From an uncultured virus (IMG/VR IMGVR_UViG_3300020048_000030) (Duplodnaviria > Heunggongvirae > Uroviricota > Caudoviricetes): a stretch of 64,000 nucleotides of DNA. Positions 1 through 12,400 of this stretch are shown here, in pieces. Where the stretch lies: IMG/VR virus record IMGVR_UViG_3300020048_000030, one strand, 5' to 3'. Numbering within the stretch: the stretch's first letter is position 1; each line of letters starts with the position of its first letter. The position numbers and the translations under genes are program-made. A model generated the notes under the pieces. The model was given only the letters and a program-made list of their open reading frames with translations. It made no database searches and was not told the DNA's origin.

Positions 1-2172
1 ATTTTCTATAAATAAATTTGTAAATATGGCTTCAAGTACATTAACTACAATTGAATTACCAGCTTGTTTCACTAATGTACTTTCATCAAATACTTTTAAA
101 ACATTATCAACATCTTGATCAGTAAAACCCATTAATTTATAACATTCTCTACCATTTAAAAATCTTATTTTACCATCATCCATATAAATCTTACCGGCAA
201 TTCCGGTTGTTAATGTTGGACTTACCCCATCTATACTATAAATTCTACCAAGTGTTTCAAATTTATATTTTCCTATTAAATCAAATTTCTTTATATTATT
301 TCTTGATGTACGAAATACTACTGGTTCGGGTAAAAATCCAATAAAATCTAACCATCTTTCATCATTTAAATCAAGGATATCTCTTAATGTTTTAGTTGTG
401 AAATTTACTTCTTTAGGTACATTATAATGACCCAATAAGGTTGAAACCATATAAACCCTATCTCTTGATTGAGGTACATCAAAATAGGTTGATTTTAATT
501 TAAAATCATAATTAGTATAACCTAAATCAGTTAACATTTTTTTCCAATCATCAAATCCATCTTTATTTTGTTCAGAATAAATACCTGGAACATTCTCCAT
601 AAGTAAATAATTTGGTAATTTATCCAATCCTTTAAGTTCAGTTAAAATTCTTCCTACTTGCCAAAGTAAAGAACTTCTTTCACCTGCATATAAACCCTTC
701 TTTTTTCCTTGTATCGAGAGATCTTGACAATTATGTGCAATACAACCATTTGCAGTAAATGTATGATCAGTTTCAACTTCTATATCATAAACAGTTTCAT
801 TTCTATGTGTATTTAATACTTTAGTTACTGGAAACCAAACATAACCATTTTCATAAAATGACTTTCTATTTGATGCAGTTGAAAAATTATAAACTAATGT
901 ATAATTTGTTTTTTGATTAATACTTCTACCTTCAATAATATGTTTTTTTCTTTTTGGTTCATCTTTATATATTGAATATGGTAATTTATATACTTTAGAT
1001 ACACATTGAGCAACACCATAAATTAATTCCCTACTAACACTAGAAATTCTATGTTTAGTTAATTTTGTTGAACCATCTGCTGAATGATATCCAATTATAA
1101 ATTGTTCTAATAAATCTATTGGTAAATCTATTATTGTATTTGTTAATTTTTTACCATATGCATATTTACCAAACTGTGTTACAAATAATTCTATTTCTTT
1201 TTTTGGAATATGTATTTTATAAATTGTTTTTTCTTTAACTATATTATATGAAAAATTAATATTTTTTAATTTTTCAGTTATTTCATTCAATTCATTTTCA
1301 TCATTACCTTCACAACAAATAATAATTCCACCATTTGATCTAACCCAACCATCACCAATATATCTACCTATAACCCACCAAAAATCTTTATTATCCATTA
1401 ATATAGATAATTCATTTTTATGTCGATCTTTTCTTCCATCAGACCATTCAAAATCAATACCATCCCATTTAGGTATTATACTATTATTATTTATTGCAAC
1501 ACCTAAATAATCATTTTTAGTCAATTCATTACATTCTTTCCATTGTGGTTCAGTAAATGACCTTCTTTTGTGACTTTTAATAATTTTAGTTCTTGTTAAA
1601 AATTTATGATTTTCTGTTGTTTCTATTTTATCAATACCACTACCTACAATTTCCCATATTTCTTTTATTCCTTGATTATATGTATTTAAAACTTTTTTAT
1701 AAGTATTAGTATGTGTTAATACAACATCATCAACTTTTATATCATTTATTTTCTTATAACCAACATCAGTTAATACTAATGTATTTTCAGTAAAACAAGG
1801 AAAAGAATATGTTAATAGGTTATGTGATGGTATATTTTCACCTTTTAAATCAATTACACTACCAAGATTTTTAGTATTAATATGAGCATCATATAATAAT
1901 CTTAATTTTTTTAAAGATAATTTATTTAATTCACATTTTGTTTTAGTATTATTACTAAATGTAAAATCTTTTAATTTTTCAATAATTTCTTCTTTTGTTA
2001 ATGTAATTTCAGTTGGTGTGTGGTGTATATGATTATAAGATATAAGACAATTAATATCCCATTCAGATATACCAACTACTTCAACTGGTACATTTATATT
2101 TTTTAATGCTTTGTACTGTGAACCAATACCTGCAAATAATTCTATTACTTTAATTTTTCCATTTTGTTCCAA
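1..2172 (-). CDS. dcm: DNA cytosine-5 methyltransferase containing an intein (3' end runs off the window; absent from the ORF track)
   Basis: Manual translation shows motif I KVIELFAGIG, motif IV TYSFP-[intein]-CQDLS, motif VI LMENV and motif X KQAGNSI. Probable TTG start at 2172. Confidence 0.92.
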   Translation of the reverse strand, partial: MEQNGKIKVIELFAGIGSQYKALKNINVPVEVVGISEWDINCLISYNHIHHTPTEITLTKEEIIEKLKDFTFSNNTKTKCELNKLSLKKLRLLYDAHINTKNLGSVIDLKGENIPSHNLLTYSFPCFTENTLVLTDVGYKKINDIKVDDVVLTHTNTYKKVLNTYNQGIKEIWEIVGSGIDKIETTENHKFLTRTKIIKSHKRRSFTEPQWKECNELTKNDYLGVAINNNSIIPKWDGIDFEWSDGRKDRHKNELSILMDNKDFWWVIGRYIGDGWVRSNGGIIICCEGNDENELNEITEKLKNINFSYNIVKEKTIYKIHIPKKEIELFVTQFGKYAYGKKLTNTIIDLPIDLLEQFIIGYHSADGSTKLTKHRISSVSRELIYGVAQCVSKVYKLPYSIYKDEPKRKKHIIEGRSINQKTNYTLVYNFSTASNRKSFYENGYVWFPVTKVLNTHRNETVYDIEVETDHTFTANGCIAHNCQDLSIQGKKKGLYAGERSSLLWQVGRILTELKGLDKLPNYLLMENVPGIYSEQNKDGFDDWKKMLTDLGYTNYDFKLKSTYFDVPQSRDRVYMVSTLLGHYNVPKEVNFTTKTLRDILDLNDERWLDFIGFLPEPVVFRTSRNNIKKFDLIGKYKFETLGRIYSIDGVSPTLTTGIAGKIYMDDGKIRFLNGRECYKLMGFTDQDVDNVLKVFDESTLVKQAGNSIVVNVLEAIFTNLFIEN
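730..1797 (-). mobile_element. Intein (356 aa) with LAGLIDADG-type endonuclease
   Basis: Starts CFTENTLVLT and ends VYDIEVETDHTFTANGCIAHN followed by Cys. Internal motifs IGRYIGDG and IGYHSADG. Confidence 0.93.
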
Positions 2173-2248
2173 TTTTGATTATCATTATTTTTTAATAATT
2201 TATATAGTGGTTAATTTTTGATTTGTTTATTTTATATATAATTAAAAT

Positions 2249-4216
2249 ATGAAACAGATAAAACATACTATACTTATAATTGAAGATAATATTAATTTAA
2301 GTAACTTAATTTCAGAAACAATAGAAAAATTAGGATATAATACCCATTGTATTAATAGTGCAGAAGATGCATTAATTTGGTTAAAATCAAATACACCTTT
2401 TTTAATGATATTAGATTATATTCTTCCTAATATGAATGGGAAAGAAATGATTATTAAGTTAAAAGAAATGTATAATACTATACCACCGTTTATAATTGCA
2501 ACAGGTAGTGGAAATGAGCACTTATTTATTGATATGATGAAATTAGGTGCTAAAGATTATTTAATAAAAGATAAAAATTTTATTGATATATTACCAATAA
2601 TAATTGATTTAATTGAACAAGATGTTAAAAATGAAAATAAATTTAAAAATTCAGTAAAAGAATTAGCTAGACAAAAAAAATTCTTTGAACAAATGTTTAT
2701 GCAATCTAATATAAGTACACAAATATTAGATAAAGATGGTTGGTGTGAAAAAATAAATCCTGAATTAACTGAATTATTTGGTGTAGAACCTAAAGATATT
2801 GAAGGTAAAATTTATAATATTTTTAAAGATCAATCAATTATTGATAATGGATTAATACCTAAATTAGAAAAAGTTTTTTATGATAAAAAAGCATTAGAAT
2901 GGGAAGTTTTATTTGATATTGGTATTGCAGCAGATTCACAAAATATTAAAATAAAAGAAAGAAAAATAAAATGGATTTATACTAGGGCATATCCAATATT
3001 AGATGAACTGGAAAATCTTATCAATGTTATAATTCAACACCGTGATATTACAGATCAGAAAAACTTTGAAATTGATTTAATTAAAGCCAAAGAAAAAGCA
3101 GAAGAATCAGATAGATTAAAATCAGAATTTTTGGCCAATATGAGTCATGAAATAAGAACCCCTATGAATTCAATATTAGGTTTTTCAAGTTTAATTAATA
3201 AAGATACTCCTATTAAAAAAATAGAAGATTATATACATATTATACAAAGTTCTGGTAATCTATTAATAACCCTAATAGATGATGTTATTGAATTATCTAA
3301 AATACAATCAGGTATATTTAAAATAGAAAAAGATTATTCTGATATAAAAAATATGATGATTAGGACAGAAGAAGAATATAATCAACAAATATTAAATAAA
3401 AATAAAAATATAAATTTAATTTTAGAAATAGGTGGTAAATGCGAAACTTATACTGACCTAAGAAGGGTAAAACAAGTTCTTAATAATTTAGTAAATAATG
3501 CAATAAAATTTACAAATGAAGGTACTATAACTTATGGATATAATATTGTGGATGATATTATTATATTTTTTGTTAAAGACACTGGAATTGGGATAATAAA
3601 AGAAAATATTGATAAAATTTTTGATAGATTTCACCAAATTATAGACAAAAGTTATAAAAAACAAGAAGGAACCGGACTTGGATTAACTATAAGTAAAGCA
3701 ATTGTTAATCTATTAAATGGTGAAATATGGGTAGATTCTGTGTATGGTATAGGATCAGTATTTTATTTTACTATACCATTAGATAATAATCTAAAACAAA
3801 TAATAAAACCAATGGCAAAACCAATTAAAAAACAATATGATTGGAGTAATAAAAAAGTATTGATTGTTGAGGATGATGAAACAAATTATACATTAATGGA
3901 AATAGTTTTAACACAAACAAAAATAAATATAACACATGCTATTGATGGAAATAATTTTTATAAATTAATAACAAAAGATGTATATGATATTATATTATTA
4001 GACTTACAACTACCAGATATATCTGGATATGAGTTATTAAAATATATTAAAAATAATACAAATATACCAGTAATCATTCAATCTGCTTATGCATCTATTG
4101 ATTTTATAAATAATGCAAAAAATTTAGGTGCAGATGGATTTACTATAAAACCTATAATATGGGATAAATTATTTTTAGAAATTGATATATTAATTAACCA
4201 ACAAAATTACCACTAA
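2249..4216 (+). CDS. Hybrid sensor histidine kinase (REC-PAS-HisKA-HATPase-REC)
   Basis: H-box [14 protein letters not shown]-box [22 protein letters not shown]; receiver domains at both ends ([14 protein letters not shown]). Confidence 0.93.
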   Translation: MKQIKHTILIIEDNINLSNLISETIEKLGYNTHCINSAEDALIWLKSNTPFLMILDYILPNMNGKEMIIKLKEMYNTIPPFIIATGSGNEHLFIDMMKLGAKDYLIKDKNFIDILPIIIDLIEQDVKNENKFKNSVKELARQKKFFEQMFMQSNISTQILDKDGWCEKINPELTELFGVEPKDIEGKIYNIFKDQSIIDNGLIPKLEKVFYDKKALEWEVLFDIGIAADSQNIKIKERKIKWIYTRAYPILDELENLINVIIQHRDITDQKNFEIDLIKAKEKAEESDRLKSEFLANMSHEIRTPMNSILGFSSLINKDTPIKKIEDYIHIIQSSGNLLITLIDDVIELSKIQSGIFKIEKDYSDIKNMMIRTEEEYNQQILNKNKNINLILEIGGKCETYTDLRRVKQVLNNLVNNAIKFTNEGTITYGYNIVDDIIIFFVKDTGIGIIKENIDKIFDRFHQIIDKSYKKQEGTGLGLTISKAIVNLLNGEIWVDSVYGIGSVFYFTIPLDNNLKQIIKPMAKPIKKQYDWSNKKVLIVEDDETNYTLMEIVLTQTKINITHAIDGNNFYKLITKDVYDIILLDLQLPDISGYELLKYIKNNTNIPVIIQSAYASIDFINNAKNLGADGFTIKPIIWDKLFLEIDILINQQNYH

Positions 4217-4595
4217 TAAAATTTTTTAAAGGTAAAAATAAATTAGTTGGTAATTCTTTTGGATTAAACCATTTCCATTCTAAACATTTATCTATTTCAA
4301 CTACTTTTACTTCACCTTCATAATTATTAGTAGAAAAAAATATTGTAATATAATGTTGGTCAATATCTTCCATTATGTCATTAGATACACCAATAAATGT
4401 TAATTCATTTATATCTAAATCAGTTTCTTCTTTTGCTTCTCTAATAATACAATTTTCAAAAGATTCATTTTTATCTAATTTACCACCAGGTAATCCCCAT
4501 GTGTTATTACCAACTTTACCTTGTCTCAATCCTAATAAAATTTCATTATTTTCATTAAGAATAAATAATGCAATTCCTACTATTGGTCTATCCAT
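4194..4595 (-). CDS. Nudix hydrolase (MutT/NUDT15-like)
   Basis: Nudix box [24 protein letters not shown]. Confidence 0.9.
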   Translation of the reverse strand: MDRPIVGIALFILNENNEILLGLRQGKVGNNTWGLPGGKLDKNESFENCIIREAKEETDLDINELTFIGVSNDIMEDIDQHYITIFFSTNNYEGEVKVVEIDKCLEWKWFNPKELPTNLFLPLKNFISGNFVG

Positions 4596-4610
4596 ATTAT
4601 AATTTATTTT

Positions 4611-4811
4611 TTAAGGGTGTGTTTCATTTGATAATGATATTCCATGTTTAATTCCATGTAAAAAATCATCTTCATCAAACCCCATTTCTTTATCTGTTAG
4701 ATGATTACCAATAACAATCCCAATGGTATTACCTATATCAGATAAATCTACCATTGGGTCATTATTGATTGCATCAATTAATTCTTGTCTTATTTTATTT
4801 ATATTTTCCAT
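4611..4811 (-). CDS. hypothetical protein
   Basis: Tightly packed ORF in a minus-strand gene run. Confidence 0.65.
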   Translation of the reverse strand: MENINKIRQELIDAINNDPMVDLSDIGNTIGIVIGNHLTDKEMGFDEDDFLHGIKHGISLSNETHP

Positions 4812-4812
4812 A

Positions 4813-5274
4813 TTAATCCCACCACCAAGTTACTTTAGCATAAAGTTTACCAATTTCTTCTATTTCATCTTTTTCAAGTTGATTTGCTTCTTTAATTGCC
4901 CTTCTATTATTAACATGTTGTTCAGGTGTTTCATTACTCTTCATTTCATAATTACCATTATTCATTTTTTCAAATATAATTTCATAATTATGATCAAATC
5001 CACATCTTTGAGAATAATTATCTTTAATAGAATTATTTAAAAGATAAATAAATCTTTTAATATCTTTAACTTTTTCCAATCTTGATTCATCTTCTTCATG
5101 TCCATTTTCAATTATTGGAAGAAGTTGTTCAAGTTGAAATTTAGTCATCATATAAATATAATGACCATCCCAAGGTCTCATTTCTTTTACAACCTTATGG
5201 TATTTAATAAGATTAGAAAAGTAATATTTCATATCATAAAAAAAACCATTTATATTTCTAATTAAATTTTTCAT
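4813..5274 (-). CDS. hypothetical phage protein
   Basis: 153-aa ORF ending in WWWD, overlapping the upstream gene. Confidence 0.7.
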   Translation of the reverse strand: MKNLIRNINGFFYDMKYYFSNLIKYHKVVKEMRPWDGHYIYMMTKFQLEQLLPIIENGHEEDESRLEKVKDIKRFIYLLNNSIKDNYSQRCGFDHNYEIIFEKMNNGNYEMKSNETPEQHVNNRRAIKEANQLEKDEIEEIGKLYAKVTWWWD

Positions 5275-5545
5275 TATTAATTATTTTTTTAATTTTTAAT
5301 ATTCTAAAATAAGTACTAACATCATTTATCTTTATTATATTAAAATCTTTACTTAAATATTTAACATTATCAGTTGTCATGGTATACATAATATCATTAA
5401 TAACAACAATATAATCCCCCGATATATAATTTTGAACACTACTATTTGATACCCATTCATAACCATTCTTAATGAGTTCTTTTTGTATATCCATTAATTC
5501 TTGTTCACTATATTTTTTAATATAAACTGCTAAAATTTTTTTCAT
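5258..5545 (-). CDS. hypothetical protein with C-terminal RxxKI motif
   Basis: Downstream of a TATCTTTG promoter element (5566-5573, minus strand); ends FRILKIKKI. Confidence 0.7.
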   Translation of the reverse strand: MKKILAVYIKKYSEQELMDIQKELIKNGYEWVSNSSVQNYISGDYIVVINDIMYTMTTDNVKYLSKDFNIIKINDVSTYFRILKIKKIINNEKFN

Positions 5546-5597
5546 AATCTTTTATATTTAATATACAAAGATAAGTAAAAAAAGTTTAATAAAAAAA

Positions 5598-6446
5598 TTA
5601 ATATAAATATTCTACAAAAAAAGATGCCTTTTTAGTAGTATTATTATTATTTTTATATTTAATTCTTATTAATGTATTTGCAGGTAATCTTTGACCTGTT
5701 GAAATATCTTTTCCTATTTCAATTGTAGCCAAATCACTAAAATATAAATATGGTATTATTTTTACTGTAATAGAAACATAACTACCTATATTGGCATATT
5801 GACTAGATAGTCTATCTAATTTTATATAATTAGTACCTATTTCTATTACTCTACCTAATTCAATACCACCTAATATATTATGTAATCCAATATAATAACC
5901 TATTTTAGCATTTTGTGTAACAGTCTGTGATACATATACAATACTATCCCCTTCATTAAGAACAGATGTTAATACACCAACTATTGTATTAGGACTTATT
6001 AGTATTTCTAATTCATCACCAATCATATTATTTGATACACCTATTGTCCCTGATTTTATAGATATATTAAATTTCCAAGATATATCTTTAATTACTTCTA
6101 CTTGATCAGAAGGTACATCTATAACAATTGATTCAGCAGAAAATAATCCTTGTGTAACATCACCCTTTTCAACATATTTTAAATGTTCTGTTAACACTTC
6201 TGTTCTAACAATAATTGGTTCTTGTGGTAATGCTTCACCTGTATGATTAGCAACAATAGTATCTAATAATTCCCTATCAAATATTATAAGTGAAGATACA
6301 AAATATATATCTACTGTTATTTGGTCAGAATTTATATAATCTAATCCTATTGCTATTGTAGAATCATTTATTTCTTTGGTCAATCTATCTAAACTTACTT
6401 TACTTTTTTTAAATTGACTTAAATTATATTGATATAACATACTCAT
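5598..6446 (-). CDS. putative virion structural protein
   Basis: Beta-rich composition; co-oriented directly after the giant fibre-like gene. Confidence 0.5.
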   Translation of the reverse strand: MSMLYQYNLSQFKKSKVSLDRLTKEINDSTIAIGLDYINSDQITVDIYFVSSLIIFDRELLDTIVANHTGEALPQEPIIVRTEVLTEHLKYVEKGDVTQGLFSAESIVIDVPSDQVEVIKDISWKFNISIKSGTIGVSNNMIGDELEILISPNTIVGVLTSVLNEGDSIVYVSQTVTQNAKIGYYIGLHNILGGIELGRVIEIGTNYIKLDRLSSQYANIGSYVSITVKIIPYLYFSDLATIEIGKDISTGQRLPANTLIRIKYKNNNNTTKKASFFVEYLY

Positions 6447-6464
6447 TTCTTAAATTATTATTTT

Positions 6465-9400
6465 TTATGATACTCTTATTAATTCTATTGTTGCATCTGA
6501 TGTTGTTGTACTATTACCAGTACTTTCGCCCCAATGATTGAAGACAATTGTGTTCACTCCAGAAAGTGCTTTGTAAAATATTCTGGTTTCTGGACGAATA
6601 TCTGTAGTATCACCGTTCTCAATTTCCATTGTTGTTCTTGTACCTTGCGCAACACCACCAATAGTTACATTAAACCTTCCTGAGTTTGCTGCACTATTTC
6701 TTGACCATACCCAGTGTACAACAATTTTATATGTACCAGATGGTAAATCAGTTGTTGTCATAGTTACTTTAGCAACAGGTGTTGTACTTGTAGTACTTGT
6801 AGTTGTTAAATCTTGTGCTAATTGATATTCACTACCATATACATGATATTTTAAATCACTATTTGCAAGTTTTTTTGTTACATTATCAATTACAACAAAA
6901 TTTGAACTTGTACCACTTGTTACATTACCTAAATATGTTGAACCAGTAATACTTAAATCATTACTTAAATTTATACTAGTACCATTCAATACACCTGTCA
7001 TAGTATCACCTGATTTATTAACTCTTGTTGTATCAATTGGATGAACATGATCTTCTCTTGAATATCTTAATGATGTACCTATTAAAACACTACCATTCAT
7101 TAACGGATTTATTGCACTGGCTTGACCTACAACATATGCAGTTGTTGCAATCTGTGTTGTACTTGTATTAACTAGTGCAGTTGGTGCTAATGGTATCCCT
7201 GTTAATGTAGGACTTAATAAAGGTGCTTTTAAATTTAATTGTCCTTGTATATCAGATGTTGTTCCACTTAAATACCCTATTTGTGTTGCTGTTGTATTAG
7301 ATACTGCAACTTTACCACTACCATCTGAAACTAATGCTCTATTAGTAGTCAAATTACTACTTGTAATAGTTGTAGCAGCACCTGTTATAGTGTTTTGTTT
7401 TGTTCCAATTAATGTTAATGTATTTCCTGTATAAGTATTATATGTATTTAAACTTACATATGTTGCTGGTGCTGTTGTACCTGTATAAGTATTGTATATA
7501 CTTTTAGTTAAATAAAGTAATGGTAAAATATTTGAATTATAATCATAAAATTCAGTAATAAATAATTTATCATCGAGTTCATTCTTTGTATCTCCACTAT
7601 AAGTATTAAAATCTACAATACTTAAATATGTTTCTGGTGCTGTTGTACTTACATAAGTATCAAAATTTGATAAGTTAGCATATGTATTTGGTGCAGTTGT
7701 ACCTGTATAAACAATATATGTGGATACTTGAACTGATAATGATGATGATATTGAACTATCTACTGAACTTCTTGTTGAAATTTCTGTTGAAATACTTGAA
7801 GATAATGAATTATCTACACTTGTTCTTGTTGATAAACTTGTTGATAATGAATTATCTACTGAACTTCTTGTTGAAACTTCTGTTGATAAACTTGTTGATA
7901 ATGAATTATCTACACTTACTCTTGTTGATAAACTTGAAGATAAAGATAAATCACTTGAACTTCTTATTGAAATTTCTGTTGAAATATTTGTTGATAAAGA
8001 TAAATCATTTGAACTTCTTATTGAAATTTCTGTTGAAATATTTGTTGATAAAGATAAATCATTTGAACTTCTTATTGATACCTCTGATGATAATGAGGTA
8101 CTTAATGAATTATCTACACTTGTTCTTGTTGATAAACTTGCAGATAATGAATTATCAACTGAACTTCTTGTTGAAATCTCTGTTGAAATACTTGTAGATA
8201 ATGATAAATCATTTGAACTTCTTGTTGAAATTTCTGTTGATAATGATGTACTTAATGAATTATCTACACTAACTCTTGTTGATAAGCTAGAAGATAATGA
8301 AGAATCTACTGAACTTCTTGCGGAAACCTCTGTTGATAAACCAGAAGATAATGAAGAATCTACTGAACTTCTTGCTGAAACCTCTGTTGATAAACTTGTT
8401 GATAATGAATTATCAACTGAACCCCTTGTTGAAATTTCTATTGATAAAGAAGTACTTAATGATGTTATATTATTATTAGTACTTCCACTATAAGAATTAA
8501 AATCAGTTAAATTTAAATAATTATTAGGTAATGTTGTTCCTGTAAATGTATTAAATGTTGATGAACTTAAATATGGTATTAAAGAATCATCAACATATTT
8601 TTTATCAATTAAATCAGTATTAGTTGTAAATGTAGGATGTGATTGATATTTTTGAATACCTGTTAATAGTCTTGTTCCATCTGTTCTTATATATTGAGTA
8701 TGATCATCATTACCTAAACCAGTTAAACTACCATGATTTGTAACTGTTGAACCACCACCACTTTGTCCACCTTCTCTATCATGAAAAGGTAATGGTCTAA
8801 TATCATATATTTTTCCAGTTAAATCTAATTCTTCTGCAATATGAACAATATATGCCATTTTAAGAGCACCTTGATTCAATTCTGTTGGAATTTGAGGTAA
8901 AACACCATTTATTGCATCATTTTCAGTATCATAATATGTTTGTGATGGGAATAATATCAATTGACTATCTGTTGTTCTGACAATTAATGATTTAACATAT
9001 TTACCACTTGGTATCTTAGGTAATGAACTATCAATCATAGCAATACCTGTACTTGATGAACCAAGATAAGTAAAGTTTGAATAAATATTAGTTTGGCTAC
9101 CTGTCCAAGTAATACCTGTAATTGGTATACTATATGTATGACTATCACTAGATAAATATATAAAATCATCTACAGATATTAAAGAAGTTAAATCTGATGT
9201 ACTTGTCATTACTGAACTACCATTAGTAAAACTAATTGTATGACCAGTTAATAGAATATGACTATTTTTTGTTATATCATTCCATCTACCTGTTGGTATA
9301 ATACCACCAGAACGAGCAAATACCCAATTTAATTCAATACCTTCATCTGCTGATATGTATGTATACTTAAATTGTAATGTGCTTGCTTGATCTGACCCAA

Positions 9401-12400
9401 TTTCTGGTAAATCAATATTAAGTAAACCGAATTGTACTTTACATGGTGAACTAACGATTTTACGATTATTACCGCTCATTATTTCAATTTTTCCACCATC
9501 ATCGTATATAAAATACCCCAACCTCAAAAAGAAATTAACTGTTCTTGCAAGTGAGTTTAAGATAACACAACCACATTGAGTTATAGTTCCAATTATCGAA
9601 CCACCCCAGAAGAATGTTCCTAATCTTATGTTATGAATACCATCAGGATTACTTGTTGAAATCTGAATCTCTGAATTAGTATCAACATACACATAATATG
9701 TACCTTCAGTGTACCCACTAACATTAATTGTTGTACCTGTCCAATTTATTACACTATGGTAATTTGAATATGTAATATATCCGGTTCCACCACTAACTAT
9801 TAAATTTGTTGTATTTAATCCACCTAAAACTATATCAGGTGAAAGCCTACCAGAACCTTGTGTATCTTCTATATAATCAGCAATTTTATTTGTAAAATCA
9901 CTTATATTTGTACTATCCCAATTAGGAACACTAATATTAACATCTTCTGCATTTCTTGTTTCTAAATCTAATAATGAAGAACCACTTTTACTTATTTGTG
10001 TCCAAGGTAATGTACTACCTGTATATGTATTAAAATCAGATACATCAAGTTTTAAGTCTAATTCATTTTGTAAATCTGTTTGTCCTGAAAGAGTTCCACC
10101 AATACTTCCCCAATTTGTAAATGTCATACCACTTAATAAATTTTGAAGAATAATATTATCAGAACCACCTAAATCAGTTATATTATTATTATTACCTATA
10201 ATTGTATTATGTTCTGCCCCACTATTAATAGTGATAGGGAATTGTGATGTAGTAATTACACAGTTATCACCATATAAAACTATTTTACCTGTTACACTTT
10301 CTGATTTTGCGATTGTAACAATTGCAGGTGTAGTTGTCTTACTTGTACCATTCCAACCTACATTAAGATTTGAACCAGATCTTAACCAATTTGATGTAAA
10401 TATTGCACCACCATATACATTAATTTCTTTAACAGTAGTAATACTCTGTGATTGGAAATTAGTCCTATCCATAATATTTAAAACAGCATTAGAACTATTA
10501 GCCTCAACTCTACCAACTGTCATATTAACAGCATTTAAACTAAGTGTAGTTAATGTTCCAGTAGGTGTAAATCTTATTTCAGTTAAATCAATAACAGTAT
10601 GTTCACTTGCACCTTGAACAGTAATATCAGCACCAACTTCAATAAATAATTCTATACCACTTATACCAACAGTAGAAAAAACTGATTGTATACCATTTAA
10701 TTTCACACGCGGTGCACTTAATCCACCATTAATACCTTGCCATGGTAATTTATTATATGATTTAGTTGTAGTTAATCCAGAAAAAACAAATCCATAATCA
10801 TTAGGATCATGTAAAAATATTGGTTGACCATTTAATAACTGTGTATTTGAATAAATTTCAAAATTTGTTGTATCATCAGTTGTACCATCAATTGGTTGAA
10901 ATACATTCCACAATTTAGGGGTAGTATTTCCACTATAAGTTTCAAAAGAAATTTTATCTAATTTTGTTTCAGTTAATCCAGTAATATCAGATTCAATTTC
11001 TTGTAATCTTAATTCAGTTGTACCTGTATATTCATTAAATACTGATTTATCTAATTTTAATTCAGTTAATCCAGTTAAAGTTTGTGATATACTTATTGAT
11101 AATGAACTATCTACACTTGTTCTTGTTGAAGTTTCTGTTGAAATATTTGAAGATAATGAACTATCTACACTTGTTCTTGTTGAAACTTCTGTTGATAAAG
11201 AAGTACTTATTGAATTATCAACACTTGTTATAATTGAAATATTTGTAGATAAAGAACTATCTACACTTGTTCTTGTTGAAACTTCTGTTGATAAACCAGT
11301 TGATAATGAAGTATCACCACTAATTCTATTTGATATTTCTACTGAAACACTTGTTGATAATGAAGTTATATTATTATCAGTATTACCAGTATAAGAATTA
11401 TAACTTATTAAATCTACATAGTTATTAGGTAATGTTGTACCTGTAAATGTATTAAATATATTAGTATCTAATTTTGTTTCAGTTAATCCGGTAATATCAG
11501 ATTCAATTTCTTGTAATCTTAATTCAGTTATACCTGTATATTCATCGAATACTTCATTAGTAATACCACTTATATTAATATCAGCAGTTTGTACTATTTT
11601 TTTCATTTCAAGAACAACACTACCTAATGCAGGATCAGCTACACCATCACCACCACTTTGTATAATAGCTGCAAAAACATCACCAGTAACTCCACTTGCA
11701 ACTGTAACCCATCCACTATCTATTGCACCAGTTGTATTCAATGGAAATGATACTTCAGTAACACCAATATCTAAATAATTACCTACTATGGTACTAAAAG
11801 TTTTTGAATATCTGATAATTATTCTTGGGTTATTAATACTAACAGAAGAAGTTACTATCCTCCCACTTAATCTTACTTGTATCACATTATCAAAATTTAA
11901 TAATCTAATATTACGATTATTATTTGCCAAAAATTGAGTTAATATAGATTGGTTAGATAAAGTCATATTTCCAACTGCATTAGTATGAAAACTAACTGCA
12001 TCTACTGTTGTTCCAGTTGTTCCACCACTTAAAATTTGTGTAAAATTATCTATTTTAGTATCTGTAATACCAGTATATGTATTAAATACTGAAGTGTCTA
12101 ATTTAGTAGCTGTCCATCCACTTAAATCATTAATATCATTTTCAATACCAATTATTGTAGTATTAGTTGTTCCTGTATATGTATTAAATTCAGTCTTTGT
12201 TACAAGTGATGTATTATTAGTACCACCAGATGTTAGTATAAAATTAAAAAGACTTGTATTATTTAATGTTGTTCCACTAGGTAAATTAGGTGTACCTATA
12301 AATTGTGGACTTTCTAAAAATGCGAATGTTTTTCTTGTAGTTCCAGTTGTAGTTCCATAAAAATTATCACCAACAAATTCTACTGCACCTGCTTGTGGTG

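Noticed and set aside
2249..4216. Window being a bacterial chromosome (kinases, infC, thyA, kamA)
   Set aside because: These genes are interspersed with T4-like capsid, protease and primase genes and share phage-type upstream motifs. infC lacks its usual rpmI-rplT neighbours.
7682..12360. Plus-strand ORFs 7682, 8297, 10231 and 12094
   Set aside because: Antisense shadows of the repetitive 3074-aa gene.
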